DNA from: Selaginella moellendorffii
Lineage: Eukaryota > Plantae > Lycopodiophyta
Length of the DNA stretch: 64,000 nucleotides
Direction: 5' to 3'
Assembly (NCBI RefSeq): GCF_000143415.4
Contig: NW_003314261.1
Span: forward strand, 5,048,360 to 5,112,359
In this document: positions 12,974 to 26,294 of the stretch, piece by piece
Layout: the number at the start of each line of letters is the position of its first letter
Position numbering within the stretch: the stretch's first letter is position 1
Made by a program: the position numbers and the translations under genes
The notes under the pieces: model-generated
What the model saw: only the letters and a program-made list of their open reading frames with translations
What the model was told of the DNA's origin: nothing
Databases searched by the model: none

Positions 12974-13541
12974 TGTTGTTTAAGCCCAGGGTAAAGTTGT
13001 CTACTTGGAATGTATATGTGATCTTCCAGGTACTTCAAGCCAAAACAAGAAGAGCCTTAACAATATAAGCCGACTTTGGACCACGAAAGCTATACAATTC
13101 TTGATACTTTCTTCTGATTTCTGATTTCTAACAAGCTGTTCCTTGTTATCTATGCTGTTTTGTAATATGAATGGTTCAGGTTCTTCTGGTGAACGTTCAG
13201 GATATGTCCATCGTTATTCAATATACTGTTTGAGTAATATCATTGTCTCCTGCATCTACACAAGTTATTTGACCAAATTCACCCTACAACTTGTGAGTTC
13301 CTTTACACAGTATTTGATCTTTAGTTATGCATGAAGCTGTTGATAGTCCATCAACACATCAGTCACCATTGCATTGTAGCCATATTTTTCCACTGTAGAG
13401 TATCCAAAAAATAAAGAAATAAAAAAAAGAGGACTATAAAATAAATGTTGATATATAAACCAAAGTAAAATCCTGATGGATTGAATAGTTTTTTAAAGAG
13501 AATATTTTTAAGATACCTAAGCAAACGGGTTTATCATAAAA

Positions 13542-13624
13542 CCGACCTTAGCTCAGTTGGTAGAGCGGAGGACTGTAGTTGCTCAGACATCCTTAGGTCG
13601 CTGGTTCGAATCCGGCAGGTCGGA
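13542..13624 (+). tRNA. tRNA-Tyr(GTA) with 10-nt intron (13579-13588)
   Basis: CCGACCTTAGCTCAGTTGGTAGAGCGGAGGACTGTAG[TTGCTCAGAC]ATCCTTAGGTCGCTGGTTCGAATCCGGCAGGTCGGA; canonical plant tRNA-Tyr, T-runs downstream. Confidence 0.97.
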
Positions 13625-13696
13625 TTTCGCTGCTGTTTTATTGGTGCTTGAGATCCCAAAACTTAGCAGATAAAGGCAAAAAGTAAATTTCAACTA

Positions 13697-14647
13697 TCAT
13701 ATCGCCAACGAGTTTATTTTCTCATCCACTTGATTCTGTGCGGATCCATCGGTAGCAGCAGCCGGAGCATTCGGCTTGGAAAGATCCACAGGAAGAGAAT
13801 CGTCTTGCAAGCAGCGCTGCTGGGGATGAGCCAAGAGCTGACAAATGTGTCTGAAGAGCACGCGCGTGAGACCACCTCCACTCTCAAAGATGTAACTGTG
13901 AGCGTGAACCCTCTCCAAAATCTCCACCAGAGCATCGTACACTTGCTGGGGACAGTTGCTGGGATTTGGCTTGTCGTGGAGGTAGAGAGCGTCGAAAACT
14001 ACAAGGCTTGGATCCGGAATGTGGATGTTGAACTTTGGAACAGTGTTTGATCTGCAGTAGACGAGGATCTGGATACGAAGTAAACACAAAGACGCTGGGT
14101 ACGAGCTCATCTAAGGAGAAAACCAAAAATGCTCTTACCACTCGAAAAGCTCGACTTCGTTTCTTGGAGGCTCTGGCGTCGGGAAGTATGAGCTGAAAGA
14201 GGCTGGAGAGGTCACACTTTGTGTAAGAGCCTTGAGAGCCCAAGCTGCGAATCGAGGTCGAGATTGCATCGAAGTCGCGTAGATATTGGTGTGAGTGCTA
14301 CACAGAAAAGAGAATCTTAAGCCAAAACTTCCAGAGGACCAAATGAAAAAATCTCTGCAGCGAATTCTCGAGAACCAGAGACTAGATCGCGAAAGAATTT
14401 TTGCTGCTGTCAAGAGCCTGCCACTCACCCAAGAAGCCCCCTGTCCGATGGTAGCGATGGAAAATGCGTGATCGGCCGACATGAGGAGCTTGGAATGCAC
14501 GAACATTAGAAGCGCTTGCTTGATCGCATCCATCCTCGTCAGTGCGTGGCCCTTCTTGAGCTCGGAATCCATCTCCAAATCCACATCCACGCACAGCACG
14601 ATGTCCTCTGGCCAGTGCGCTATATCCCATGTCCTGTAAGAATCCAT
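13697..14647 (-). CDS. BABAM1: BRISC/BRCA1-A complex member 1 (MERIT40/NBA1) homologue, vWA fold
   Basis: PEDIVLCVDVDLEM, TRMDAIKQALLMFVHSKLLMSADHAF, QILVYCRS, FDALYLHDKPNPSNCPQQVYDAL, LLAHPQQRCLQ. Confidence 0.85.
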
Positions 14648-14737
14648 GCCCCAAAACCTAGCTCTCAGAGCATATTCTATATTCTCCTCTAAAAGGTGTA
14701 AAGTGGTAGAACCCTAAACCTAGGCCAAATATTTGTA

Positions 14738-17050
14738 ATGGAGCTTTGTCGGATATGGTGGCCTCCGCGCCTCCGCCAGGGCGGGCCTCTGGCGCTGCTG
14801 GGATGGATCAATCTTCACAGGCGCTGTGCTGATCTCGTCGTGGCTGCGGCGGTTCCGGCATTTGATCTGGAGGTGAGCAGCATTGAGATTTTTCCGCGAT
14901 CCCTTTCTCCCTCTCTCTGTCTCTCTGTGTAGGGATTCTTCACAAGGCGCAGCTTGCGAGCGCTAGAAGAATGCTGCGGGGATGTCTGTGTGCTTGGCTT
15001 GTGTATTGCCAACGAGCTAGAGCCGCGAGAGCTTGCCATGCCGGAATCGAGGAGCAAGTTGTGGATAACATGCTCCTGCGCTGCCGCCCGGGATGGATTT
15101 TCGACTCCCACGCATTGTTCCATCACTCTCGAAGGCAAGCCATGCTCACCGAAAGTTCACGTAAGTCATTCGGATTTTTTTCCTTCTTCTTTTAAGTTTT
15201 CTCGTGATTTTAGTTTGTTCTGTACAATCCCCCTCTCTTCCGGAGCCACCATTTTTCACTCCAGCAGTGGGATTTTTTCCCCTCGTGTTTCAGGCTCCAA
15301 AGTTTTGAGCCAGGAAACATTGACAAGAAGCCTTACTGGATTCTAGAGCTTGAGCAGCAAAATAGAGGTCCAGATATCGTAAGTTTTCTTTGGTAAGAAG
15401 TCATTTGATGTTACTTGAACGCGAGAAGCAGGATTTATATTGTGGTTGCTATACAGGCTATGGTGACGCGGCAGCTTAATTGTGCTGCTTTTCTGGATGC
15501 TGCGACTGACAAAGTTTCTCATTCGATGTTCCGAGACACATTTTTTATGTATGTTGTTATGATGCTTAGTTTTTTGCTCATGTTGATAATTTTGCAGTGT
15601 CTTGGCCGGAGTGGCTGCTATTTTATCCTCACTATACTTTGCTGCTAGTCGGGTCTGGTTTCTGGCTTCAAACTGGATTCTTTCAATGCCACTTGTGAGC
15701 TGTGCACTGCGTTCTAGCAGTACGTTCCAAAGCATTCAGAATCGATTCCAGGAGCTTAGTATGTGGCCTTCGATATTTTTCTGGTGCACTGACGGGTATG
15801 TTTTTGGCTTCTTTTTTTACTTGACGTTTGTGTTTGCATTTGCATTTGCAGGCCTCAACATCCAAATGCAGCCGTTTCCCATCGACTTGACTTGCTGAGG
15901 CATTCGTTATGGTTCAAGATAGCCGTGGATTTAGTGCTTGGCACGGTGCTTGGCGTCCTCGTGCTTATGTTCCAAAACGCCATCGCGATGTTCGTCGTGA
16001 CTCTCTCTTGCTTCTTGACCAACGACGTCCTGCGAACTGGATGCATCTGGCTCATGGGAGTTCCAGCCGGCTTCAAGCTTAACAACGAGCTTGCCGAGGT
16101 TATGGGGACTGCCGCTTTGAACGTCACCCAGGCTTTCTTGACATTTCTGGAGCTTTTCCCAGCTTCTGTTCGGTTGTTACAATGCCTGGGAGCAGTCTCG
16201 ATTCTACTCGGTGCCAGCGTCTCAACCTCAGTTATGGTGGACGCTGTCTTTATGGCGACTGCTCACATAACTATGCTTCAAAGAGTGACCGCCTTCATAT
16301 ATGGGAACCAGCTCAAGGTACTCGCAGCGTTGTGGCGAATGTTCAGGTAACACAAGACAACTTTTCTATTTAATTTTTCTTGACAAACGTTTTTTCAGGG
16401 GTCGAAAGTTTAATCCGTTGAGAAACCGGATTGATAGCTACGAGTATTCAGTGGAAGAGCTCGTGGTTGCTTCTCTAATGTTTACGCCGCTCCTCCTGCT
16501 GCTTCCCACAATGTCGGTGTTTTACACTTTTTTCACGATATTACACGCGTCTCTCACCGTTCCCAGATTTCTACTGCAAATCGCAGTTGAGCTCATCAAG
16601 ACGTTTCCTTATGTTGAACTGTGGCAGTGGATAGTTGCAAGGCAGAGGCTTCCATCTGGCCTGGAGTTCCACTTTGAAGTTGTGAGTAACGAGGTAGCAG
16701 TGTCAAGGCTCCACTCCAGGCTCGCCACTTTTGGTAATTATCCTTTTCCTCTTTTTTTCTGGTTTTATAAATTGATCTTCGCTGCAGACGAAATTACCAT
16801 GCCATTTATTTTAGGATTGTTTTCCAGATGGGATTCCACGGTTGCTTCCAGCACTGCTTTTAATCTGGCAACTGGAGGAAGGTAGAGCCTGTCGAATTTG
16901 TTAATCCTTATGACGAGTTCTTCCAGGTTGCCTATGAAATTCTGCTCGGGTTTGTGCCCACAGACTATACACAGTTCTAACTTGAGCCTCAGAAAGTTTT
17001 TCATTCTTTCTTTCAGAGCTTTCAGTTCTGGAACTGATTTTTGGAAATGA
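14738..17050 (+). CDS. PIGQ: GPI-GlcNAc transferase subunit Q (Gpi1)
   Basis: CRIWWP N-terminus, WLMGVPAGFKLNNELA, LWRMFRGRKFNPLRNRIDSYEYSVEELVVASLMFTPLLLLLPT; multi-exon, several TM segments. Confidence 0.9.
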
Positions 17051-17159
17051 GCATTGTTCTCGAGCGGTTCCCAATCTGAGAGCAAAAATCAGTTTCTCTT
17101 TTAACACTTGCTCAGTGGCCAAATTGTTTAACTCAACTCCAACCCTAAACCCTAACCAT

Positions 17160-20100
17160 ATTAGGTTTTAGATTTACCTCATTATTAATGTTATTATAAA
17201 CATTATAATGCATTCAAATATTTTAAATCATATAAATGTTTTTGGAAATTTTAAAGAAATATTAAATTATATTTATAAAAAGAAAAATTCTATTTACATG
17301 AAAACAACAAATAAGGCTTTTGTTTTTGTAAAATATAATAATAGTAAACAATGTTACTTCATTGTTTGCTAAATACTTTCAAACTAGAGAATCATCCTAA
17401 TCCACATAAAAAGTTATAAACTTTTTTAAAAAGTATTCAATTATTTATTTTTATTTTTGGTATTACTCTATACCAATTATTTATTTTTACTATAATATTT
17501 TTTATTAATGCCATATTTTTTAAAATAAAATATAGTTTTTAAGAAATTTAAAAAAATTTATTTTATAAAATAATATATTTTTTAACAATTTTTATTAATT
17601 TCTTTGGTAAATAAAAAAACTAAATTTTATAAGTTTGGTATTGGCAAATGATTTAGACTAAGCTTTACTGAAGAGACTTTCTTTCAATTTATTTATGTTT
17701 TATAATTTTTTATTCATTTACCATTTATTAATACTTTTATAAATATAAATAAACATGCTACTAAACCTTTAAATTTAATTTATACTATTAATTAGTAAAA
17801 ATAGACATTTTAATATTTGTTTGAAAAACTTTTAGACTCTTTTTATCACAAAGTGCTAATTTTTAAACCATTCTTAAACTAATATCATGAGGAGTAATGA
17901 TGATTTGTGACTCTTCAAGTTTCTTTAATTTGATTAATTAATTAATTTAAATATTTTTTAATATTGATGTTTTAATATCTAAAGTATTATAACCTAAATC
18001 CTAAATTAAAAAAAATTATTAGTATCTTTAATTTTATGATTTTTATTTAAATGACTTTTTTACATAATTACTTTGTAAAATATTTAAATGTTACTTCTAA
18101 AAACCTTATACAATTAATTTCAAAAATTAATAGTATAAGGGGCATACAATTTATCCCTGAAGAGCAAAATTTTTAATAATATTTATTTATTTTGTGTAAA
18201 TTAGAACATTCTCTCAAATTTTTTCAAAACATGTATTTGGATTTATTAATTGCTTTTTAACAATTACATCATATTCATTTTGGGCCATCTGAGTCAGTGA
18301 GGGAATTTAGTGTTTACTTCTAGAACCTCTTACTTCATATAGAGTTAAATATATTAGAGTGGATCAAGTTGGGAATATTATGGCTAATACTTTATCAAGA
18401 TATTATGGGACTTATATATACACTTGCTTTAACCACCTTTAAAAATGTTTTTTGATTCTCAAAATCTTATTAGATATCGTTTTTTTCATTTTTCATTGTA
18501 CATCTTCTAGCTTCACTTCCTAGGGGTGATAGTCTTGTTCCAATGAAGGTTTATATTGCCACTTATATCGGCATTAGTTTATAAACCTTACAAAAAATAT
18601 AGTACCCAAGATAAATTATGTTTTTAGATGCACTTTAACCGCTTCAATTTTAAACCAACATTTTAAACCCCATCCAACACTTACAAACATCATTAATATG
18701 CTCCTCCCATATCCCCTTTGAATGGATCAAAACATTATTGATGAAGTTAGTAATTGATTTTCTAAACAAGGATTCTATGCCATCAGTGTTGATATACATG
18801 ATATTTAATGTCCACAAGATGTAGAATAAAATTTACTATCTCTTGACAAAGTTCGTGAGACTCAAACAATTGAGCCATGGATCCAAAGGCTTTATAAGGG
18901 TTTGAAAATCCTACATCACTTGCTGATGAATTGTCATTTCGGCATTTTTATATTTAATATCACCTTGAGGATGACCTTATTTATTTTATTGGGATTGATC
19001 CTCATTTAGCACAATTTTAGCATATTAATGGCTTAATGCAAGGAGGAAGGTACTCCCACCAACTAGAGCAACATATTAGTGCTGTTTTTTATATTTATTC
19101 CACATTTTCTCTATATTTATCATGATTTTCCTATTCTATGTGGCATATTAGACATTGGTGTATGACTAAGGAGTTGCATAGGTCTTTCTATTGGCTAAAG
19201 ATATAATGTGATGTTATCTAGTATATGTGTATCTATATTTTATGCCAAACTTTTAATTCTCAAGGACAATTGGAGTTTATTGCAATTTCCTGTCTATTTA
19301 AGTTAGTGGTGTTTGATTTGATGGGGCTTTTTCCATAGTCGACTATTAGTAATGAATATGTCATTATTGCTTTTAACTATTTAATTCGCTAGATAAAAAT
19401 TGTTACTTTTACTAATGTGTTTGCAACTGTTATTAAATGCTTCCTCCTTAATCAAGTGGTGTTCTAGCATTCTTGTCTAGAGCAAATTTTCTCAGATAAT
19501 GGTCCCGTATTTATGGCTAAAACATTTCACGTTTTAACATTTCGACCAAAGATACACCACACTTTCACAAATGCTTATCATCCATAAATAGATTATTTGA
19601 TAGAATGGCTCATTTGGATTTTCAAAAGGATAATCATGAAATATATGAATTTTTAGTATTTGAATTGGGATGGTTAATTACCATCTATTTAGTATGCATA
19701 TATCATAAAGGTATAGAGTTTCATTGATGCTTTACTATATAAACTCATCTATAGCCATGATCTGATATTGTCAATAAAGTTAAGTTTACCTTCACAATTA
19801 CCACGAGTTGCTAATGCTAAATTTTAGTATTAACATTTGAAGAGCATTTTTCCACTTGTTCAAGTGGAGTCTACTGAACACTAGGGCTATGTATAATTTA
19901 TACTTTGCTAGTGGACAATAATGGGAATTGTAATGCCATTATTGATATTGTTAGTCTATTTTCCCAATATTATGGTACATGGTTTATCTAAAGGGTTTTT
20001 TACTTAGTGAAATGACTATGTTGAGTGTTACAACAAGCTGGATTGCAAGTTTATAAGATTCAGCATGATATTCAATATATTAATCATTCAAAATTTATAC

Positions 20101-20440
20101 ATATATAACAATTAAAACATTTTGTACAAAGAGATCAAGAGCAATTAATTCCACTTACAAATTCATCAATGCCTCCTCTTGATGTTCCTCCAGATTTTAA
20201 CCCATTAATTAGAGAACCCTAACTACCTTTTATCCTTTTGAGAAGAAAGAATGATGTAAGGTCCAAGTGTACAATTGTAATGCCATATACTAATATTAGT
20301 ATAGTGGGATTTTTATAGTTGTTCGATTAGTTTTAATTTGGACCACTCACTTCTATATATAAGCTAAAATGTTTTTCTTGGGCTAATTGATATACACATT
20401 TCTGTATTCCATTTCTATATTCCATGCACTCACAAATGGA
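17160..20440 (+). mobile_element. Degenerate Ty3/Gypsy LTR retrotransposon relic (RNase H end, integrase, PPT, possible 3' LTR)
   Basis: NIMANTLSR (~18374; cf. NVVADALSR), H...HFG (~18911-18943), and in one frame DLMG (19315), SDNG (19492), AYHP (19573), riddled with stops. RH-before-INT order; purine tract 20240-20251 followed by TG at 20255. Confidence 0.8.
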
Positions 20441-20449
20441 AATTTATAA

Positions 20450-20650
20450 TTATAAATATATTTATAATATATATACACACAAGATTAATTTTATTGAATA
20501 TCAACCATTAGATGTAAAATAAACAAAAATATACTGGAAAATGTTCTGAAAAACTTATAAATTATAAACATGTTTATAAATTATAAATATAAAATTAATC
20601 TAAATGAATAACAACCATTAGATGGCATATTTTAGTTATATCCTACATGT
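20450..20650 (+). repeat. AT-rich dispersed repeat, second copy at ~63340-63540
   Basis: Shared TTATAAATTATAAA...TTAATC(T/C)AAATGAATAACAAC(C/A)ATTAG(A/C)TGG segment. Confidence 0.7.
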
Positions 20651-20728
20651 TTGCTTAAAAAAACAATATTACATATTTTTGGGAAAGAGGTGTTTTATTC
20701 CTTTGATTTTGTCCCTACAAACAGACTT

Positions 20729-22255
20729 CTACTTTTGGGAGTGTATCCCGCATTCAGTCTTGAGCGAGCCATCTTTGTTGCTGAGACCCTGGATATTCAA
20801 GCAAAATCAGTTTCTCTTTCAGTGCTATCTTTATTCGCAATACCTGGAAGCGGCCAGATCGCTCTCCACCATACTCGAACCATTTCTCTTTAGGCACTGG
20901 CAGCGTGCTTTGGACGTCTCCAATGCTTGGATACCCCTTGTCGTGAAGTGGATGATAGGGAACGCTATTTTTCTTCAGGTAGCTCCAGCAATCCCTGGGA
21001 GAAAACAAACCTCAACTATCTCTAGATTGCAATAACAAGAAATAAACTCGCCTGAATTCCCAGTATGCAAGTGGCTGGACATTCACCATCTTTCCAGCTT
21101 GAGCTACCTGAAAGGCCTCAACTTTATACACTGACTAAATAGTATTATGTCGGCTTACCTCCAGATGAGCTCTTTCAGCGCCATGATCACGTCTTCTTCC
21201 ATTTATCATCGCATCAACCTGGAGAAATTGTTAGAAGAAAACGGCAGCTTCAATCTCTCCCCTTACCTGGAGACTCGACAAGGCTCGATTGAAAGGCTCC
21301 ACCTTGCAGATCTTGTCATACTCGTCTATATCCTACAACGTTTTTCCCAATCACATGAAGCGGAGGGATTGTCTGACAGATTTACCCGAATGTAGAGGTC
21401 CGATCCATGCTTTGCAAGGTATTCCTCCTTGGTGTTAAAGTCCGCTGCGTGAAACACACGGGCCTTGAAGCCATACTTATCCTGCAATGCCATACATGAA
21501 TTTTTCTAACGTCAGGAGATAGTTCTCCATACCTCGAGGCTCTTCAGAAAGGTGTACGTCTCCGGGAACAAATGGAAAGTGTCAATGAATATGACTTTCA
21601 CGGCCTCCTTTTCAAAGGCACCGATTTTGTGGAGCAAGTCTAACATCACCTGCAAGCTCAGAAGAAATCTTCAAAACAAAACAAAGAACTAGAAACGCTC
21701 GAGAAAAATATGTATGGACTTACCACATCACCGGCGATCAAGGCACAGGGAAAAGCTGGTCTCTCAAAGCACTCGATCGTTTTCTGGAGAACACTTTTCG
21801 CCTGTGATTCCAAGTGCTGTAGCCTTGCCTCGTAAGCCTCATCGTTCCACTGCTGGATGTCCAAGGCCTCTTTCTCCTTGACCGCGGCAGCACAGCTTAC
21901 ACTGTAGTGAAGAACACGGGCGTGGCTCTTCGATAGGATCCTATGCAAAGAAGCGAAGTTCCCACCCAATAGCGAGGAATCTCTACAAAAAAAAAAAAGA
22001 GGTGAGAAACTCGAGAGAAGGAACACGAAACTTTGATGGAAGCTAAGCCACAAAGCTAAAGAATTTTGCGAGGCAAACGAGCTATTCTTTTGAATCGCGC
22101 ATGCAAATCACATCGTGATCGGAAGAAATGGAAAACCGTGTCGATCGATCGAAATGCAGTCGCATTTTTGCAAGGAATTCTTACCTGGCAGGGCGACCGG
22201 ACGAAGGAGCTGCCGCGAAGGAGAGGTGATGATGCCCTAGCGCCATAGCCGCCAT
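20729..22255 (-). CDS. Plastid APS/PAPS reductase of the FeS-less APR-B (CysH-like) type
   Basis: VIFIDTFHLFPETY, DKICKVEPF, MINGRRRDHG, VQPLAYW, YHPLHDKGYPSIGDVQST, ERSGRF, C-terminal KTECGIH; no thioredoxin-like extension. Confidence 0.9.
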
Positions 22256-22589
22256 GTCTCCCTCGTCCAAAGAGAAAGGGTTTGGGTTTCTCACACGCAA
22301 TTGGGAGTTTTTTTATTTCCCCACAAATGCCCTACAGTGGGCAACGAAACAGAGCAGTCGCTCTGCCCTATTTCGTGTTCCCGTTCCCTAGCGAGCGCCG
22401 ATCGTGAGGCGCGTGGCTCCGATCGAAATCGATCCAGTCGCCAGCATTCATCGGCACAGATCGGCGTGCGTCTGATCGCGAGCAGGGTTTTGAGGGGTTT
22501 TGTGCGAATCGATCGATCCAGCATTGCCTAGTGCCTTCTAGGGTTCTTGGATCCATTCTCCCAGCATTCTTGCCCGATCCTTCCACAAG

Positions 22590-25500
22590 ATGCATAGCCA
22601 GGTTTGTTTCTTTCTTCTTCGATTGTTTCCAATCGTCTGTTGCTCGATTCAGGAGAATGGATTCACGGTGCCCACGATGCAGCTGATTGACGGGAGCGGT
22701 AAATTTAACGAGGCTGGATTGGAAGAGTTTGTGAAATCCGTGAGGCTGCCGGAATGTGGGCTATCCTATGCTGTGGTGTCGATTATGGGTCCACAAAGCA
22801 GCGGTTGGTGTGTTTAGATCATATCCAAAAAAATCTCTCTCTCTCTCTCTCCTTTCTTTTGATGTGAACAGGGAAGAGCACGCTCTTGAACCATTTGTTT
22901 CGTACGAGGTTTCGAGAAATGGATGCTTTCAAGGGAAGGTTGGTGTTTGCTTGTTCTAGGCTTTTTCCTTCCTTATGCTTTGCGTAGGTCTCAGACAACA
23001 CAAGGAGTGTGGCTTGCCAAGGCCAGCGGTATTGAGCCGTGCACACTGATATTGGATCTTGAAGGCACGGATGGTCGTGAGAGAGGAGAGGTATTGTGTG
23101 TTTTTATCTTTATGCATAGCTGACATTCCAAAATGCAGGACGACACTGCTTTTGAAAAGCAGAGCTCTTTGTTTGCGCTAGCTGTTTCGGACGTTGTTTT
23201 GATAAACATGTAAGTTGTCGTAGTACTTCGTCTGTTTATGTTCGTCAGTACTTTCGTAAAGGTGGTGTCATGATATTGGTCGAGAGCACGCAGCCAACAA
23301 ACCTTTGCTGAAGACCGTCTTTCAGGTGATCATCCTTTGAAGCATCGTACTCTCAATTCCTGATTCCTATTTTTTTTCAGGTTATGATGCGGCTCTTCAC
23401 ACCCCGTAAAACAACGCTCTTGTTTGTCATCCGGGACAAAACGAAGGTAGCATCCAGTATGCTGCTAGAAAGTCTATATTCACATCACAATACCCATGCA
23501 GACGCCTTTGGAAGTTCTGGAGCCTATTCTCAGAGTGGACGTTGAGAAGGTAGACAGACTTTCTGTGTCAAAAACGTACTGTTATGCTTGCTTTTTGTTG
23601 TAGATTTGGTCTAGTGTTGCAAAGCCTGAAAAATACAAGAACACTCCACTTTCTGATTTTTTTCAAGTAAGCATACGGGAAGTACGATATAAACTAGGAT
23701 TCTTAATATGTTTACAGGTCGAAGTAACGGCATTGGCAAGCTTTGAAGAAAAGGAAGAAGTTTTCAAAGCGCAGGTTACGCATTGCTCTCTCTTGTTTTC
23801 TTACCCTCTGTTTTTTTCCAGGTTGAAGAACTACGACAAAGATTTATGCACTCTATAGCCCCTGGTGGGCTTGCAGGTGATCGGACGACAGTAATTCCGG
23901 GATCGGGATTTCCTTTAAGTACACATGAAATATGGAAGGTCATCAAGGAAAACAAGGACTTGGATCTTCCCGCGCATAAGGTCCTTTAAGAAACGTCGGT
24001 GTTTAATTTTTAATGTCTAAAATTTATATTTCAGGTTATGGTAGCTACCGTGCGCTGCGAAGAAATTGCAAACGAGAAGTTTTTGGCACTTTCAGCTGAT
24101 GAGGTACGAAGAAATGTTTTTTCATACTGTTTTGAAAAATCTTTTTGAAATACACTCGTTTTTATCAGGAATGGAGGGAGCTCTCTGAGGCTGCAAAGTC
24201 CGTTCCAGTTGCGGGATTTGGAAAAAGACTAGATTCATTACTGGATCAGTATGTTAGCTCGTAAGTATGCCCATCTTGCCCCGTTGTATGTAAGTAAATG
24301 TTTGTTTTTCAGGTACGATTCAGAAGCAGCATACTTCGATGCACAAGTTCGAGACCATAAAAGAGAATTCTTGATGAATCGAATCTTGGAGGTATTATGG
24401 TGCCAGGTTTACTTCTAAAACTGGTTTCATGTTGATTTGATGCAGCTTGTTCAACCGTCCTATCAAGCAGTTCTAGCTCACTATAGAGCGAAAGCGTTAG
24501 CAACCTTCAAGCAGGCTGCTGACGCAAGCTCCGCATCGTCGGAAACAGAAGGATTTGCAGCTGCAATAAGAAGATGCAGTAAAGAATGTCTTGACGAGTT
24601 TGACCGCGGCTGCGAAGGTAATTTATTGTTTTGGCCAAATTCTTCTCATCTTGACAAAATGTTGCAGATGCAAATGTTAAACTTGCTGGTTGGGATTCTT
24701 CAAAGGTCAAGGAAAAGCTTCGTAGAGATGTAGATGCTCACGCATCCAACCTGAAAGCGAAACGGCTTGCGGAAATAGTGGGAAAGTCGGAGGTAACATC
24801 GAGGATTTTAATATCTTCAATTAACAGTATAAACTGTACAGCGGCAACTAGAGGACGTTTTGGGGAACTCTGTGTCAACATTACTAGATGCGGCATCATC
24901 AGATACTTGGCCGTCGCTGAGAACTTTGGTGGCTCATGAAACTAATTTGGCTAAAGACGCTTTACTGCAAGCTGTCTCGGGCTTTGAGCTAGATGCAGCG
25001 GAATTAAGGAGGATCGAAGAGGACTTTGTAGCTTTTGGGCGAAATGTGGTTGAGAAAAGAGCCAGAGAAGAAGCAAGTCAAGCTTTAATTCGCATGAAGG
25101 ATAGGTACCGCCTTTCTAACTTTCTCTGTCGGTCTTATATGTTTGGATTACAGATTCAACACAGTTTTTAGCCACGATGAGGACTTGATGCCAAGGGTAT
25201 GGACCGGTGAAGAAGACGTGAGAATGATCACGAAAGACGCTCGTTTATCGGTAATCGTTTTATGTACGTTTCATCAACCACAGCACTAACAAACAAGTAT
25301 ATGATGGCAGGCTATTAAGCTTCTTTCTGTGCTATCTGTGATACGCTTGGAAGAAGATGCTTCTGATAACGTCGAGGAAACACTGACTGGGTTGCTCGGA
25401 GAAATTCCAGAACGCTTGCAATCTCCAGCTAATGCAACTGCAGTGGACAGGTCCTTGGCAACGTCAGCTTCCAGCGCGTTGGCTGCAAGTACCTGGGATG

Positions 25501-26221
25501 GAGTAAGCTGGGAGATCAAAAGCCTTTCTTCTAACTGCGAGATTACCTTTGCAGGTTCCATCGGAGAAAATGTTGTTGAGTCCAATAGATTGTCGAAATC
25601 TATGGAGACAGTTCAAAGCTGAGACTGAGTACACTGTCAGTCAAGCTCTAGCTGCACAGGTTGGTATTCTCAACCTTCATGATTCATTTTTTCTTTCTTA
25701 TATTTTCGCAGGAGGCAAACAAGCGCGGTGCTTCCTGGCTACCTCCACCCTGGGCGATTGTCGCCATGGTGGTTCTCGGATTCAACGAGTTCATGGCTTT
25801 ACTAAGGTGATACATGGTCGCGTCATATATCTTTACTGAGATGTCTATACCCAGGAATCCTATCTACTTGGCAGTTGTCTTCGTTCTCTACTTGGTGGGT
25901 AAGGCCGTGTGGGTGCAACTCGACATTGGCCGTGAGTTCCAAAATGGAATGGTAAGTATTTTCCTTGTCTTCTAGATAGCCGAGTTCTCACGCTCGACGT
26001 TCTCTCAGCTATCCGGGATGATCTCGATCTCCACAAAGCTGCTCCCAACGTTCATGAACATAATGAAGCGCCTGGTGGAAGAGGGCCAGCAAGCAACCAC
26101 GGGAAGCAGCGGCGTCTACCGTGAGGTCCCAATGGAAGAATTTCCATCCAGCAGCGATAGCTCGTCCTCGGAGAGCAGCAAAGCGCGACGAAGGCAGCAA
26201 GGTTTGTCCAAGCAGCATTGA
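22590..26221 (+). CDS. RHD3: ROOT HAIR DEFECTIVE 3 (Sey1/atlastin-like ER fusion GTPase), ~20 exons
   Basis: [79 protein letters not shown]. Confidence 0.96.
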
Positions 26222-26294
26222 TTCTTACGTTTCGGTTTTGTTACTTGGCGAGTGTGTATAAATTGGATGATATATAGATGGATTTTTTTTATGA

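Noticed and set aside
17141-17158. AACCCTAAACCCTAACC as interstitial telomere
   Set aside because: Only about two units; similar telo-boxes occur throughout the window.
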